A stretch of 64,000 nucleotides of DNA from Candidatus Kerfeldbacteria bacterium (GTDB lineage Bacteria > Patescibacteriota > Patescibacteriia > SBBC01 > CAIJZX01). This document shows, piece after piece, positions 1 through 11,447 of this stretch (position 1 is the first letter of the stretch; each line of letters opens with the position of its first letter). The DNA is taken from positions 727,478 through 791,477 of the forward strand of contig JACPSJ010000001.1 in the NCBI GenBank assembly GCA_016193315.1. Reading direction: 5' to 3'. The translations under genes and the position numbers were made by a program. Below the pieces are notes generated by a model. That model did no database searches. It saw nothing but the letters and a program-made list of their open reading frames with translations, and was not told the origin of the DNA.

Positions 1-580
1 AATCAACGAATAGGAAGGATACAGAGAAGACGGCCATTTGCATCACGGCCAAAGCCACGATACCCGGCAACAGGAAATCGATGTACTTCAGGTTACGGGA
101 ATTAACCGCCTGAACGTCAAGTCGGAACAGCGGCGGCGCCTGGGCCACCGCCAGTATCGTTTGATCGAGGATTTGCTGGAGCACGCTGGACGCAGTTTGG
201 GCCTGCTGCAGTTGGCCGGTATTCTGGAGCACCGTCAGCGACCGCGGGTTTTGCACCGGACCGGTGGGAATGAGATCATCCGGCACCAGCAAGACCACGG
301 TCCGATCACCGTCGTCGAGTGCGTTTCGCTCGGTGGCCTCCGGCCCGGTGGTAATATCGAAAGCCGGAACCTTCTTGAGCTGGGTCAGAAACTCCGCCGT
401 GGCCGGAGTTGGGCTATCTACCACCAGGCCAACCTTGATTTTGGGTTCGGTATCGAAACCAATCAGTCCGAAAATGGTCATGATCACGATCGGCACAAAC
501 AGGGTAAAAAACACCGCTTGCCGGTTGCGCACAAACATCTTAATCGATGAACTGGTCAGGGTGGCAAGCGTGTTGGCCAT
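1..580 (-). CDS. ABC-2 type transporter permease (N-terminal part; 3' end runs off window start)
   Basis: Minus-strand translation from the ATG at ~578-580 gives MANTLATLTSSSIKMFVRNRQAVFFTLFVPIVIMTIFGLIGF... then ...FLLPGIVALAVMQMAVFSVSF, a hydrophobic ABC-2 permease-like sequence. It lies immediately downstream of, and co-oriented with, the ABC ATPase. It is absent from the ORF track because it has no stop inside the window. Confidence 0.6.
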   Translation of the reverse strand, partial: MANTLATLTSSSIKMFVRNRQAVFFTLFVPIVIMTIFGLIGFDTEPKIKVGLVVDSPTPATAEFLTQLKKVPAFDITTGPEATERNALDDGDRTVVLLVPDDLIPTGPVQNPRSLTVLQNTGQLQQAQTASSVLQQILDQTILAVAQAPPLFRLDVQAVNSRNLKYIDFLLPGIVALAVMQMAVFSVSFLFVD

Positions 581-589
581 CGTGAACGG

Positions 590-1507
590 CTATTCGCGAA
601 GTTTTCGGCCAGTCAGCTTCAAGAAGACGTCTTCCAGCGTTGCCTGCCGCAGCTGGAGATCGAAAATCTTGAACCCGTGTTGCGCTTCAACCGCAAATAG
701 GGCCGGCAATGTCTTCTCTGGATCGATCGTCAGGAGTTTAAAGCCATGATCCTCCGCATCCATCTGTTGCACGGCCGGCAACTGCTGGATAATCTCGGTC
801 GGGGGTCGACGGTTAGCCCGAAACTCAATGGTCGAGCCGACGTCCGACTGCTTCAGCAGTTCTTGGGGTGTGCCAAGGGCAATGATGTGGGCATGGTCCA
901 TGATCGCCACCCGGTCGCAGAGGACTTCTGCTTCTTCCATATAGTGGGTGGTCAGAATCACTGTCTTCCCCTTGGCTTTAATGTTTTCAATCAAGTCCCA
1001 TAGGTTCCGACGGGCTTGCGGATCAAGGCCGGTCGTCGGCTCGTCAAGGAAAACCGCCAGCGGATCGTTGACTAAGGCGACGGCAATCGACAGCCGCTGC
1101 TTCTGGCCGCCGGAGAGTTCTTTGACGCGGCTCTTCCATTTGTCCTCGAGTTGTACCTGGCGAAGAAGCTGCATCGCATCAACCTTCCGACCGTAGAGGC
1201 TGGCGAAAGTCTCAACTAGTTCTTTCAAGTTCAGGCCGTCAAAAAAAGAGGAGGCTTGGAGCTGGACGCCGATTCGGTGCTTGACGTCCCGCGGACGATT
1301 CTTGACGCTCAAGCCGTCGAGCACCACTTCGCCGGCGGTAATGCTTTTCAGACCTTCGATCATCTCCAAGGTCGTCGTCTTCCCAGCGCCGTTTGGACCG
1401 AGGATGCCAAACGTTTCACCGCGGTGCACGGAAAATGAAATGCCGTCGACGGCCGTGAAATCGCCGTAACGCTTAGTCAGGTTGGTGACAGTAATGAGAT
1501 CGGACAT
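590..1507 (-). CDS. ABC transporter ATP-binding protein
   Basis: Walker A GPNGAGKTT, ABC signature LSGGQKQR and Walker B VFLDEPTTGLD. Paired with the downstream permease. Confidence 0.9.
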   Translation of the reverse strand: MSDLITVTNLTKRYGDFTAVDGISFSVHRGETFGILGPNGAGKTTTLEMIEGLKSITAGEVVLDGLSVKNRPRDVKHRIGVQLQASSFFDGLNLKELVETFASLYGRKVDAMQLLRQVQLEDKWKSRVKELSGGQKQRLSIAVALVNDPLAVFLDEPTTGLDPQARRNLWDLIENIKAKGKTVILTTHYMEEAEVLCDRVAIMDHAHIIALGTPQELLKQSDVGSTIEFRANRRPPTEIIQQLPAVQQMDAEDHGFKLLTIDPEKTLPALFAVEAQHGFKIFDLQLRQATLEDVFLKLTGRKLRE

Positions 1508-1513
1508 AATTGG

Positions 1514-2197
1514 CTAGAACCCAAGTTTTTCTTTCACCAATACCACGGTAATCCGACCGGGAATGCGCTCGCGGGTAATGGTCAGGATCTTGCTGATACC
1601 GCTGTGGAAACCATGGGCTTGAAAGAGCCGTTGATCTTCGAGCGGCAAACTATACTCCGGCAAACGCTGCCCAGCTTGAACATCGTTCTGGACAAGCTTC
1701 TGGCTGCCGACGACGAAGATCACGTGCGCCGCACCGGAAACATAGGCACTGAGCTGGCTGCCGGTATTCGACGCGATGAACAAATGTCCATCTTCGGTCA
1801 CGGCATGGACGCTGCCAACAGCCCAATCAGGAGTTGCACCAAGGATTCTTTTCTCTTTGGCTTGGGTGGCGGTATCCATGGCGGTTAGCTTCTGCCGCAC
1901 CGATTCGTAATGGCCAGATTCATCAATCGCCTCGGCCAAGCCGATGGCCTTGAGCGTCTGCGATTGCATCGTAAAAACCTGACCGCCGGGCGGTAAGCGT
2001 TTTAGAACTTCCTCTTTCGCTTCTGCGCCAGTCGAGACTACGAGTGCATCCATGCCGTTGGCCGTAAGCGCCGCTACCGCATTCTTCAGCCGGGCGTCAG
2101 AAGCGAGTTGGGCGAATTGTGGATTCGGCTCCATCGACTCAGGCATGGGAGGCAGCCACCGGCTGAGATACGTGGTGGCTGGATGTTCGAAACCCAC
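1514..2197 (-). CDS. LUD-domain (DUF162, LutC/YkgG-like) protein
   Basis: 227-aa ORF with lactate-utilisation LUD-fold-like sequence (…VHAVTEDGHLFIASNTGSQLSAYVSGAAHVIFVVG…). The likely true start is the internal M (MPESMEPN, ~2146), giving an 8-nt overlap with marR. Confidence 0.5.
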   Translation of the reverse strand: MGFEHPATTYLSRWLPPMPESMEPNPQFAQLASDARLKNAVAALTANGMDALVVSTGAEAKEEVLKRLPPGGQVFTMQSQTLKAIGLAEAIDESGHYESVRQKLTAMDTATQAKEKRILGATPDWAVGSVHAVTEDGHLFIASNTGSQLSAYVSGAAHVIFVVGSQKLVQNDVQAGQRLPEYSLPLEDQRLFQAHGFHSGISKILTITRERIPGRITVVLVKEKLGF

Positions 2198-2588
2198 ACA
2201 TCAAAATCTTGCCTTTTTCCCAAATTGCATCGAGTAGGGCGTCAAGATTCTGGCGCAGCGCGTCTTTCTGCCTTGGGTTGAGGACTTTGAACAAGTCGCT
2301 GAATTTCGCATCGAGCAGTTCGCCAGCGGTGGCGGCTTTCTTGGCTCCTTGATGAGTCAGGGTCAATCGACGTTCGCGCCGATTCTTAGGATTGACCGTC
2401 CGCGAAATCCACTTTTTCTCCACCAAAGGGTCAATCTGACGACTGACTGCCCCGGCGGTCAGACCGTGGAAATTGGCAATTTTCTTCTGGGAAATTTGAC
2501 CGGCATGTTGGAGCCAGCGGAGGAGCCGGTACTGCGCAAAGGTCAGGTCGGCGCCTTCGCGGAGAGTTTGAACAGCGATCCGATCCAT
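2139..2588 (-). CDS. MarR family transcriptional regulator
   Basis: Winged-helix MarR pattern: LTFAQYRLLRWLQHAGQISQKKIANFHGLTAGAVSRQIDPLVEKKWISRTVNPKNRRERRLTLTHQG. Start trimmed to the internal M (MDRIAV) of the 183-aa ORF. Confidence 0.75.
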   Translation of the reverse strand: MDRIAVQTLREGADLTFAQYRLLRWLQHAGQISQKKIANFHGLTAGAVSRQIDPLVEKKWISRTVNPKNRRERRLTLTHQGAKKAATAGELLDAKFSDLFKVLNPRQKDALRQNLDALLDAIWEKGKILMCGFRTSSHHVSQPVAASHA

Positions 2589-2752
2589 GAGGAAGGTTAA
2601 TTTATGAATTTTGATGCTGATATCTTTACTCGGGTTCTGGGAATATGTCATAGGTATCCACAGTTTACAGATCAACAGTTTACATGTCAAGTATTAACGA
2701 AAGCTGGCCCGTGACTTACCGATTGGGCTGGCGAGGTTAGGGTTATGACTGT

Positions 2753-5185
<2,433 letters not shown>

Positions 5186-5433
5186 CTAAGTGTAGCACAA
5201 AAGCGGCTGATTGGGCAAGGCTCACGAACTTGACAGTATACCCTCTTTTTGCTACAGTCGCCAGGCCTCAAAAACGCCCGTTTGCACACTGGTTTCCACC
5301 CACGGCTTGAAAGGAGGGAGCGTCGTGAACAAACGACGAAAACGATTGGGCGCTCCCATGGATGGAAGCGAGCATGTGCTGGATCAGGCTCGGCGCGAGG
5401 CCCGGGAGCTTGCCCGGCGACCAGACCGTACCT

Positions 5434-6738
5434 TCAGGAGACTGCAGCGGGTTCGTCGACGTCTGACTCGCTCGACGTCAGCCGGAACTCGCCCGCTTGC
5501 ACGCGGGCGATAAAGGCACCGTCTCTCGTGCGGTAGAAATGGCTGAGTCCTTCCCGCACCACCTCCGCCTGGGCATCCTGGTGGAGGGTTTTTTGTTCTT
5601 GCGCCAGGCCGGCCAGATGCTGCTCCAACGCCAGCAGCTCATCCAAGACGGCGGGATCGGCCTGCCGGCCGGCCAACACCTTTCGTTCGAGTGCAATCTG
5701 CGCTGACAACTCTTCGACCACCATCCCCCGAAAGACGGCTGGATCCCGATACTGCGCCGCCAGCCGTTCGGCTTTCTCCAGCGTGGCGAAATCAGTACCC
5801 GGCTGGTCAGCCGCCGCATCAAGCAGCGCCAGGTGGCGATACATGCGTTCCGCGCGGCCCGGATCGATCGATAACACCCCGCGATAGAACCACTCCCCGG
5901 CCGCGAGATGCTCGGTGCCGTATTTCAGCTGATCGTGGGGTTGTTCAACCAGGCGCTGCAATTTTGCGGCGATCTGCTCTTCGCTGGCGCCGATGGTGAA
6001 ATCGATGCCAAGGCTAACCTGCCGCGCCTGCCCCTTGCCATCAACGAATTCCAGGCGTACGACCGCGTCCACGCCCCGGACATAGTCGTCAAACTTTGTG
6101 GTCGGGTGCGATTCCACGAGGGTCCGTTCACCGAACACGCGGGCTCGTTCCAACCACGGGAAGAAAGCCGACTCGAGCCGGTCCGTGACTTCAAAGAATC
6201 TTTGGCCCCGTTCTGATTGGGCCTGCCGCACTTGTTCCACCCGCCCGACCCGGGCCGCGTCCTCGAGCCGATACTCGATTGGGTGGCCGTCGCGACCGCG
6301 TGGGTCACGTTCCGTCGTCCACTCGCGAAATCGTGCTTCGGCTAGATGGTCAGCCCGAGCTGCCAGGCGACGATTTTGTTCAGCCAGGGAAACCGATCGG
6401 CGATCCTCCTGCAGGCGGCGATATTCCCGGAGCTGTTCCGCGATATTCCAGCGGAGATCGGCGGGTGCGATCGGCTTGGCCCGGAACCGCTTGCCTTCGG
6501 CCCGGGCCTTGTGGCCGGTTCGTTCCAAGACCTCGCCCAGGGTCCGGGCCTTATCCACGCCGGCTGCCTGCAGCTCCGATACCAGTCGGCGTTCAAAGCG
6601 CCCCAGCTCCTGATCGGGGATGGCTTCCAGATCCTTGGCTGAGTACCGTGCCCAGGCTTCAATCCCCTGTTCTGTCCAGGGCAGGGAAATCTCGGGGTGG
6701 ATAACCATGGTCTGAGAATTAACGGATTGTGGCGCCAA
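5434..6738 (-). CDS. hypothetical protein (Arg/Glu-rich, predicted coiled-coil)
   Basis: 434-aa ORF in the pheST-gyrB minus-strand array, with a 20-nt overlap with pheT. No motif I recognise. Confidence 0.45.
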   Translation of the reverse strand: MAPQSVNSQTMVIHPEISLPWTEQGIEAWARYSAKDLEAIPDQELGRFERRLVSELQAAGVDKARTLGEVLERTGHKARAEGKRFRAKPIAPADLRWNIAEQLREYRRLQEDRRSVSLAEQNRRLAARADHLAEARFREWTTERDPRGRDGHPIEYRLEDAARVGRVEQVRQAQSERGQRFFEVTDRLESAFFPWLERARVFGERTLVESHPTTKFDDYVRGVDAVVRLEFVDGKGQARQVSLGIDFTIGASEEQIAAKLQRLVEQPHDQLKYGTEHLAAGEWFYRGVLSIDPGRAERMYRHLALLDAAADQPGTDFATLEKAERLAAQYRDPAVFRGMVVEELSAQIALERKVLAGRQADPAVLDELLALEQHLAGLAQEQKTLHQDAQAEVVREGLSHFYRTRDGAFIARVQAGEFRLTSSESDVDEPAAVS

Positions 6739-8947
6739 GCTTCACCAGCCCATCTTTGATCGTGGCTTCGAGTTTGTCAACCTCGGCTTTCATTAAGGTC
6801 CGGTCGGGGGATTGAAAGATGAGTTCGAAGGTCAGGCTCTGCTGCTGCCCTTGCTGAAATTGATCGATTTTCCTAATGGTCGTCAGGAGTCCTCCGCCCA
6901 GCCGGCGCAATGTTTCATGAATACTCGGGGCCGATAACCGGCGGGGAATCCAAAGAGAAATATCTCTTTTGACTGACGGAAATTTCGATCGGGCCTGGTA
7001 TTTTTTCGGCCCCCACCCTTGGTTGATGTCGTCGAGATTGAATTCTACCCATTCGAGATCCCGTCCTTTCATTTGGTCGTGTGCGATCGGGCGCAGCAAA
7101 CCCGTCACTCCAAGCGCTTCCTGGAATAACCGTAGGTCCTCTTCAAGCCCAAGACCGCCCCCGGTTTTGTGACATCGCCCAAGGGCCAGAATCCATGGTT
7201 GAAGTTTCATCTCTTTGCCAAACACACGCCCGACCTCAAAAATCCTTGTATCGTGCCCCGCATCCGCGGCGGACATAAGAATACGGCGGATACCGGGTTT
7301 GAGGCTCAGCCGAAGGTATTGCTGCGTCTGATCAAGCGGGTTCGCGACTCTTACGTGTGCGTTGCGGTCTCCGGCATTGGAACTCTCGTCTCCACCGTAA
7401 TACGTATGGGTGATAACCTCAAGAAAACCTAAACGAGCCAGCGTGTCTCTCAGCTGATCCTTCAAGACAAGTGAGAATGGTAATGGTTTGGGGATCGACG
7501 GCGCCGTCGGCCACGACTCCAGAAGATGCTCGTATCCCACCATCCGCCCCACTTCATCCACGAGGTCCTCGGGAACGGTCGCGTCAAGCCGCCACTCCGG
7601 CACCGTGACCTTCCATGACTTCGACCCAGCTACCTTGAAACCAAGTTTGCCTAAGGTGGCTTTGCTTTTCGCGGCGGCAATGTTCGTCCCTAGGCGTTCC
7701 TTGACGTACTTTGGGTTGAAGGTGATGATTTTGGATTTTGACTTCACACCGCCAACCCGGACACTCCCCTGTTCCAACGTTCCGCCGCAAAGTTCAACGA
7801 TGAATGACGATGCAGCTTCGCTCGCTTCCTCCGGCAAACTTTGCCACAGTCCGCGTTCGAACCGTTTTGACGCTTCGGAGACTAAACCAAGCTTCCGCGA
7901 CGTCCGGCGGATCGAGATCGAATCAAAAATAGCCGCTTCGATGATGATGTCCTTGGTCGCATCGGACACCTCCGAATCGCGTCCGCCCATGATCCCGGCC
8001 AAGGCGGTCGGGCCGCGCGGGTCGGCGATGACGAGCATACTCGGATCCAGCCCGCGCGTCTGGGCATCAAGCGTGACGAGTTTCTCACCCACCCGCGCGG
8101 TCCGGACCACAATTCTTCCGTCTGACACTTTGGCGGCGTCGAAGGCATGGAGCGGCTGGCCGTACTCCAGCATGATGTAGTTCGTGGCGTCGACCACGGC
8201 GTTGATCGGCCGCATGCCGGCCGAGCGGAGACGTTGCTGTAACCAAGCGGGTGACGGACCGAGTGTTACGCCGTGGATGACTCGCGCCATGTAAACCGGA
8301 CATTGTTTGGGTGCCAGAACTTGGACCGCCACCGATCGCCCGGCCGGACGTTTGGCTCGGGGCGGTGCCGGTGAGGTTAGTTTTGGAGTCGTTCCGAGTA
8401 TGGTTCCTATTTCCCGCGCCAATCCTCGCACCGACAGCAAATCCGCCCGATTGGCCGGGATGGCCAGGTCGAGAATAACGTCCGACGCCCCGAGCACGCG
8501 CCCCAACGGCGTTCCGACTTTGATCGCGGTATCCAGAACCAGGACCCCGGCATGATTGTATCCTAGTCCAAGTTCATCCTCGGCGCAGATCATACCACCT
8601 GACTGAACGCCACGGATGGTTCGCGATTCGACGATTTGGCCGTTGGCGAGTTTCGCCCCCACCAATGCCACTGGGACCTTTTGGCCAACTGCGATATTCG
8701 GCGCGCCGCAGACGATCTGGCGTGGTCGGTCGCCGGGCTTGGTTACGACCTCGGCCAACTGCAGTTTGTCGGCATTCGGATGCGGCTTGATGGAAACGAT
8801 TTTGCCGACCACAAACTTCTCGAACTGACCGCGTCGATCAATCAGCTGCTCGACTTCCAGCCCGTGCATCATCAACGTCGCCACCAACTTCGGAGTCGGC
8901 GGCAAGCGGGGCAAGAATTCTTTCAGCCAAGAGAGGGGTAAGAGCAT
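6719..8947 (-). CDS. pheT: phenylalanine--tRNA ligase beta subunit
   Basis: 742 aa. N-terminal tRNA-binding OB fold (…KIVSIKPHPNADKLQLAEV…), B3/4 and B5 domains, and a C-terminal anticodon-binding domain. Confidence 0.9.
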   Translation of the reverse strand: MLLPLSWLKEFLPRLPPTPKLVATLMMHGLEVEQLIDRRGQFEKFVVGKIVSIKPHPNADKLQLAEVVTKPGDRPRQIVCGAPNIAVGQKVPVALVGAKLANGQIVESRTIRGVQSGGMICAEDELGLGYNHAGVLVLDTAIKVGTPLGRVLGASDVILDLAIPANRADLLSVRGLAREIGTILGTTPKLTSPAPPRAKRPAGRSVAVQVLAPKQCPVYMARVIHGVTLGPSPAWLQQRLRSAGMRPINAVVDATNYIMLEYGQPLHAFDAAKVSDGRIVVRTARVGEKLVTLDAQTRGLDPSMLVIADPRGPTALAGIMGGRDSEVSDATKDIIIEAAIFDSISIRRTSRKLGLVSEASKRFERGLWQSLPEEASEAASSFIVELCGGTLEQGSVRVGGVKSKSKIITFNPKYVKERLGTNIAAAKSKATLGKLGFKVAGSKSWKVTVPEWRLDATVPEDLVDEVGRMVGYEHLLESWPTAPSIPKPLPFSLVLKDQLRDTLARLGFLEVITHTYYGGDESSNAGDRNAHVRVANPLDQTQQYLRLSLKPGIRRILMSAADAGHDTRIFEVGRVFGKEMKLQPWILALGRCHKTGGGLGLEEDLRLFQEALGVTGLLRPIAHDQMKGRDLEWVEFNLDDINQGWGPKKYQARSKFPSVKRDISLWIPRRLSAPSIHETLRRLGGGLLTTIRKIDQFQQGQQQSLTFELIFQSPDRTLMKAEVDKLEATIKDGLVKLGATIR

Positions 8948-9028
8948 CCCGTTAGACGTTATCTAATTCAAGGCTCTGAGGCCGAAACAGACAAATCGTA
9001 GTGGGTAGCGGACGTCTAACGGGGAACA

Positions 9029-10030
9029 TCAAAACTGCTGTAAGAATTCCAAATTACCGCTGTAGAAGAGTCGGATGTCAGGGATGCCATACTCGAGCAT
9101 GGCCAGGCGATCAAGGCCCATCCCAAAGGCAAAGCCTTGCCACTGGTTCGGCTTCAAGCCCATCGACCGAACGACATTCGGATGGACCAGGCCAGCCCCG
9201 AGGATTTCTAGCCATTGACCCGGCTTGCTTGGCTGTTTCCACCACAGATCGAGTTCGATCCCCGGTTCGACAAATGGGAAGAAACTCGGGCGGATACGGC
9301 TCGGTTTCCCCGGATAGAGTCGATCCATGAAGGCTTTCAAGGTCGTCACTAGGTGGGCCATCGTCACTTGCCGATCGACCAACACGCCATCGCACTGAAA
9401 GAACATAGACTCGTGCGTGGCATCGGTCGCTTCGTGTCGGTAGACTTTGCCGATTTCAACGACTTTGAAGGGTGGTTTGACGCCGTAACTTTTTGGCCAC
9501 CGAATTTGGACGGTCGAGGTATGGGTACGGAGAACAAGCTCCGGGTGATCCTGGATAAAGAACGTGTCTTGTACATCTCGGGCCGGATGGTCAGGCGGCA
9601 CGTTCAGATCGTCGAAATTAGTCTTCGCTTCCTCGAGCTCCGGGCCTTCGTAGACGTCGTAACCGAAACTCCGCCAAATCTCCATCACCCGCCGACTGAA
9701 TAACGTCAGCGGATGGAGGTGACCGCGTTCCGGACGTCCGACGGGCAGCGAGCGATCAATGGGGCGGTCGCTCGTCGGTAGACTCCGCCGCCGTTCGATG
9801 AGTAATGCTTCGATGCGCCGTTTGACCTCATTGGCTTGCCGCCCAAGACCACGCCGTTCCTCCAGCGGGAGATGTGGCAGCGTCTGCAGCGCGGTGGTGA
9901 TCTTACCTCGCCGCCCAAGATACTCAACCCGCACCGCCTCCAGTGCCGGCAAAGTGGCGGCTTGACGAACGGCGATGCTGGCCGCCTGTTCGAGTGCCCT
10001 TAGATACGCTGGCGTCAGTCGAATGATCAT
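9029..10030 (-). CDS. pheS: phenylalanine--tRNA ligase alpha subunit
   Basis: 333 aa. Class II motifs (…FFPFVEPGIELDLWW…, GFAFGMGLDRLAML). Confidence 0.9.
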   Translation of the reverse strand: MIIRLTPAYLRALEQAASIAVRQAATLPALEAVRVEYLGRRGKITTALQTLPHLPLEERRGLGRQANEVKRRIEALLIERRRSLPTSDRPIDRSLPVGRPERGHLHPLTLFSRRVMEIWRSFGYDVYEGPELEEAKTNFDDLNVPPDHPARDVQDTFFIQDHPELVLRTHTSTVQIRWPKSYGVKPPFKVVEIGKVYRHEATDATHESMFFQCDGVLVDRQVTMAHLVTTLKAFMDRLYPGKPSRIRPSFFPFVEPGIELDLWWKQPSKPGQWLEILGAGLVHPNVVRSMGLKPNQWQGFAFGMGLDRLAMLEYGIPDIRLFYSGNLEFLQQF

Positions 10031-10419
10031 GGATTCCTGATGCGGCGGCTGTCGGTGGCGAGGTAGAAGAACTCAACCATCAGCACCAGCAGCGCCAGGA
10101 CGACCGCCGTCCACCACCGGAGCAGGCGAGCAGCCTGGAGGAGGAGGGCCAGGATTGTCCCGCTGCTGAGAATGATTGCTTCCCGGAGCGCAATCTCGAC
10201 CTGTCGAAAAAGTACTTTCTCTCGATCGAGCCAGTAGCGAACGAAAAATCCGAGCAGGGTAATCGTGCCGAGTAGAGCCAACCACAAGCTGAGATAGAAC
10301 AGGGCCGGAGCGACCGCGCCATTCGTGAATGGGTTGAGCGTCGTCAAGACCAGCCACCAAGCGGTCCACGACATGATCGTGCCGGCGCCAAGGATGATCA
10401 GGAATTTCGCCAACGACAT
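10027..10419 (-). CDS. small integral membrane protein (4 predicted TM helices)
   Basis: 130-aa hydrophobic ORF. ATGA overlap with the pheS start. Confidence 0.5.
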   Translation of the reverse strand: MSLAKFLIILGAGTIMSWTAWWLVLTTLNPFTNGAVAPALFYLSLWLALLGTITLLGFFVRYWLDREKVLFRQVEIALREAIILSSGTILALLLQAARLLRWWTAVVLALLVLMVEFFYLATDSRRIRNP

Positions 10420-10452
10420 ACGACCAGTTCAGTATAACGATTTTGCCAGCCC

Positions 10453-11064
10453 TTGACAACGGAAAACAGTCGGCGTAGACCAAAAACAGAAGCCCTTTCC
10501 ATCATCAACCCAAAGGAGGTGATCCTGGTGGTGCGGCTGGCTTCGTCTATTGAAACGCGCCGGTACAAGATGGCGTCGGCGATCGGCTTGGCCATCAGAG
10601 CCACCCAATCCCGCCCCGTCGTCAGGTGCCGCCGATTCCGGTTGCCGGCCTCGTTCCCAGTCGTCGAACGAGTGGACCATTTTGTCCGCCGCTTTGCTCG
10701 GCGGAATGGCATGACCGAGGACAACCTCATCCGGTTCAGCCTAGCCGTGGCCGAGGCGACCACCAACGCCGTCCAGCACGGACGCCAACCAGGACGGATC
10801 CAGTTCCTGTTTCTGGCCGTGGGGTTCTCGGGGCTGCGACATTTCAGTTGCTCGATCGACAACGCACCCCGCCTCAATCGAGCGCGACCAGCCCTGCCGC
10901 GAACCCAGCAGATCCGCCGACCGTTGACCCTTAGTACCGCGCCGCGTGGTCGGGGACGCCGGATCATCTATCAGATGGTGGACGGATTCCTGGCCATTCA
11001 TGTCCGGGCCCGCGGGCACGAATGCCGCCAGGTCGTCCTGACGCTGGATCAAATCGATCCGTAA
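10453..11064 (+). CDS. GHKL-type anti-sigma regulatory factor / serine kinase (RsbW/SpoIIAB-like), possibly degenerate
   Basis: N-box AVAEATTNAVQHG closely resembles RsbW AVSEACTNAVQHA. A G-rich box RGRGRRIIYQMVDGF lies downstream. The likely start is the internal M (MASAIG…). Arg-rich composition lowers confidence. Confidence 0.45.
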   Translation: MTTENSRRRPKTEALSIINPKEVILVVRLASSIETRRYKMASAIGLAIRATQSRPVVRCRRFRLPASFPVVERVDHFVRRFARRNGMTEDNLIRFSLAVAEATTNAVQHGRQPGRIQFLFLAVGFSGLRHFSCSIDNAPRLNRARPALPRTQQIRRPLTLSTAPRGRGRRIIYQMVDGFLAIHVRARGHECRQVVLTLDQIDP

Positions 11065-11150
11065 CCCCTGCCTAGCCGGCGGGGGATTTTTCCGTGGTTG
11101 GCGCCTTGACAACAGACGACCAACAGCGCTAGGTTGTACGGGTTGTTTGC

Positions 11151-11298
11151 GGCGGGGTGCTCGAGAGGATGATGAGATGCCGACTACGCGGGTCGGTAGG
11201 TCCCAGAGCCACGATGCAGAATCTCAAGCTGTGTCCGCAATGCGGAATGCCTCCTTGAGAATCTGGGGCCCATGGGTTCGAATCCCATCCCCGCCGCC
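11151..11298 (+). tRNA. tRNA-like gene with ~115 nt of extra internal structured sequence (isotype unresolved)
   Basis: Perfect 7-bp acceptor GGCGGGG (11151-57) / CCCCGCC (11289-95). Canonical T-arm ATGGG-TTCGAAT-CCCAT directly 5' of the 3' acceptor strand. Discriminator G, then CC. D-arm-like CTCG-AGAGGATGA-TGAG. The interior holds a 6-bp hairpin (gccgac…gtcggt) and a 12-bp hairpin (cagaatctcaag…cttgagaatctg) not explainable by a 76-nt cloverleaf. Confidence 0.3.
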
Positions 11299-11447
11299 TC
11301 GTATGCCCACCAACATCCTGATCACGTTCCTTTAGCGCCTGTCGCTCAGCTTGGAGAGTCACACCTTGCCAAGGTGGTTGCCGGAGTTTTCCACCCCGCA
11401 CCCATCGAGGTGCGGTGGACGTTCCTCTCAGGCGCTTCAACCTGTCA

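Noticed and set aside
38-550. 170-aa plus-strand ORF at the window start
   Set aside because: It is antisense to a far more convincing minus-strand ABC-2 permease reading frame (hydrophobic and contiguous with the ABC ATPase). The plus-frame protein is Arg/His/Gln-rich and not protein-like.
10398-10967. 189-aa minus-strand Arg-rich ORF
   Set aside because: Antisense to the RsbW-like gene, with extreme Arg content. Typical high-GC artefact.
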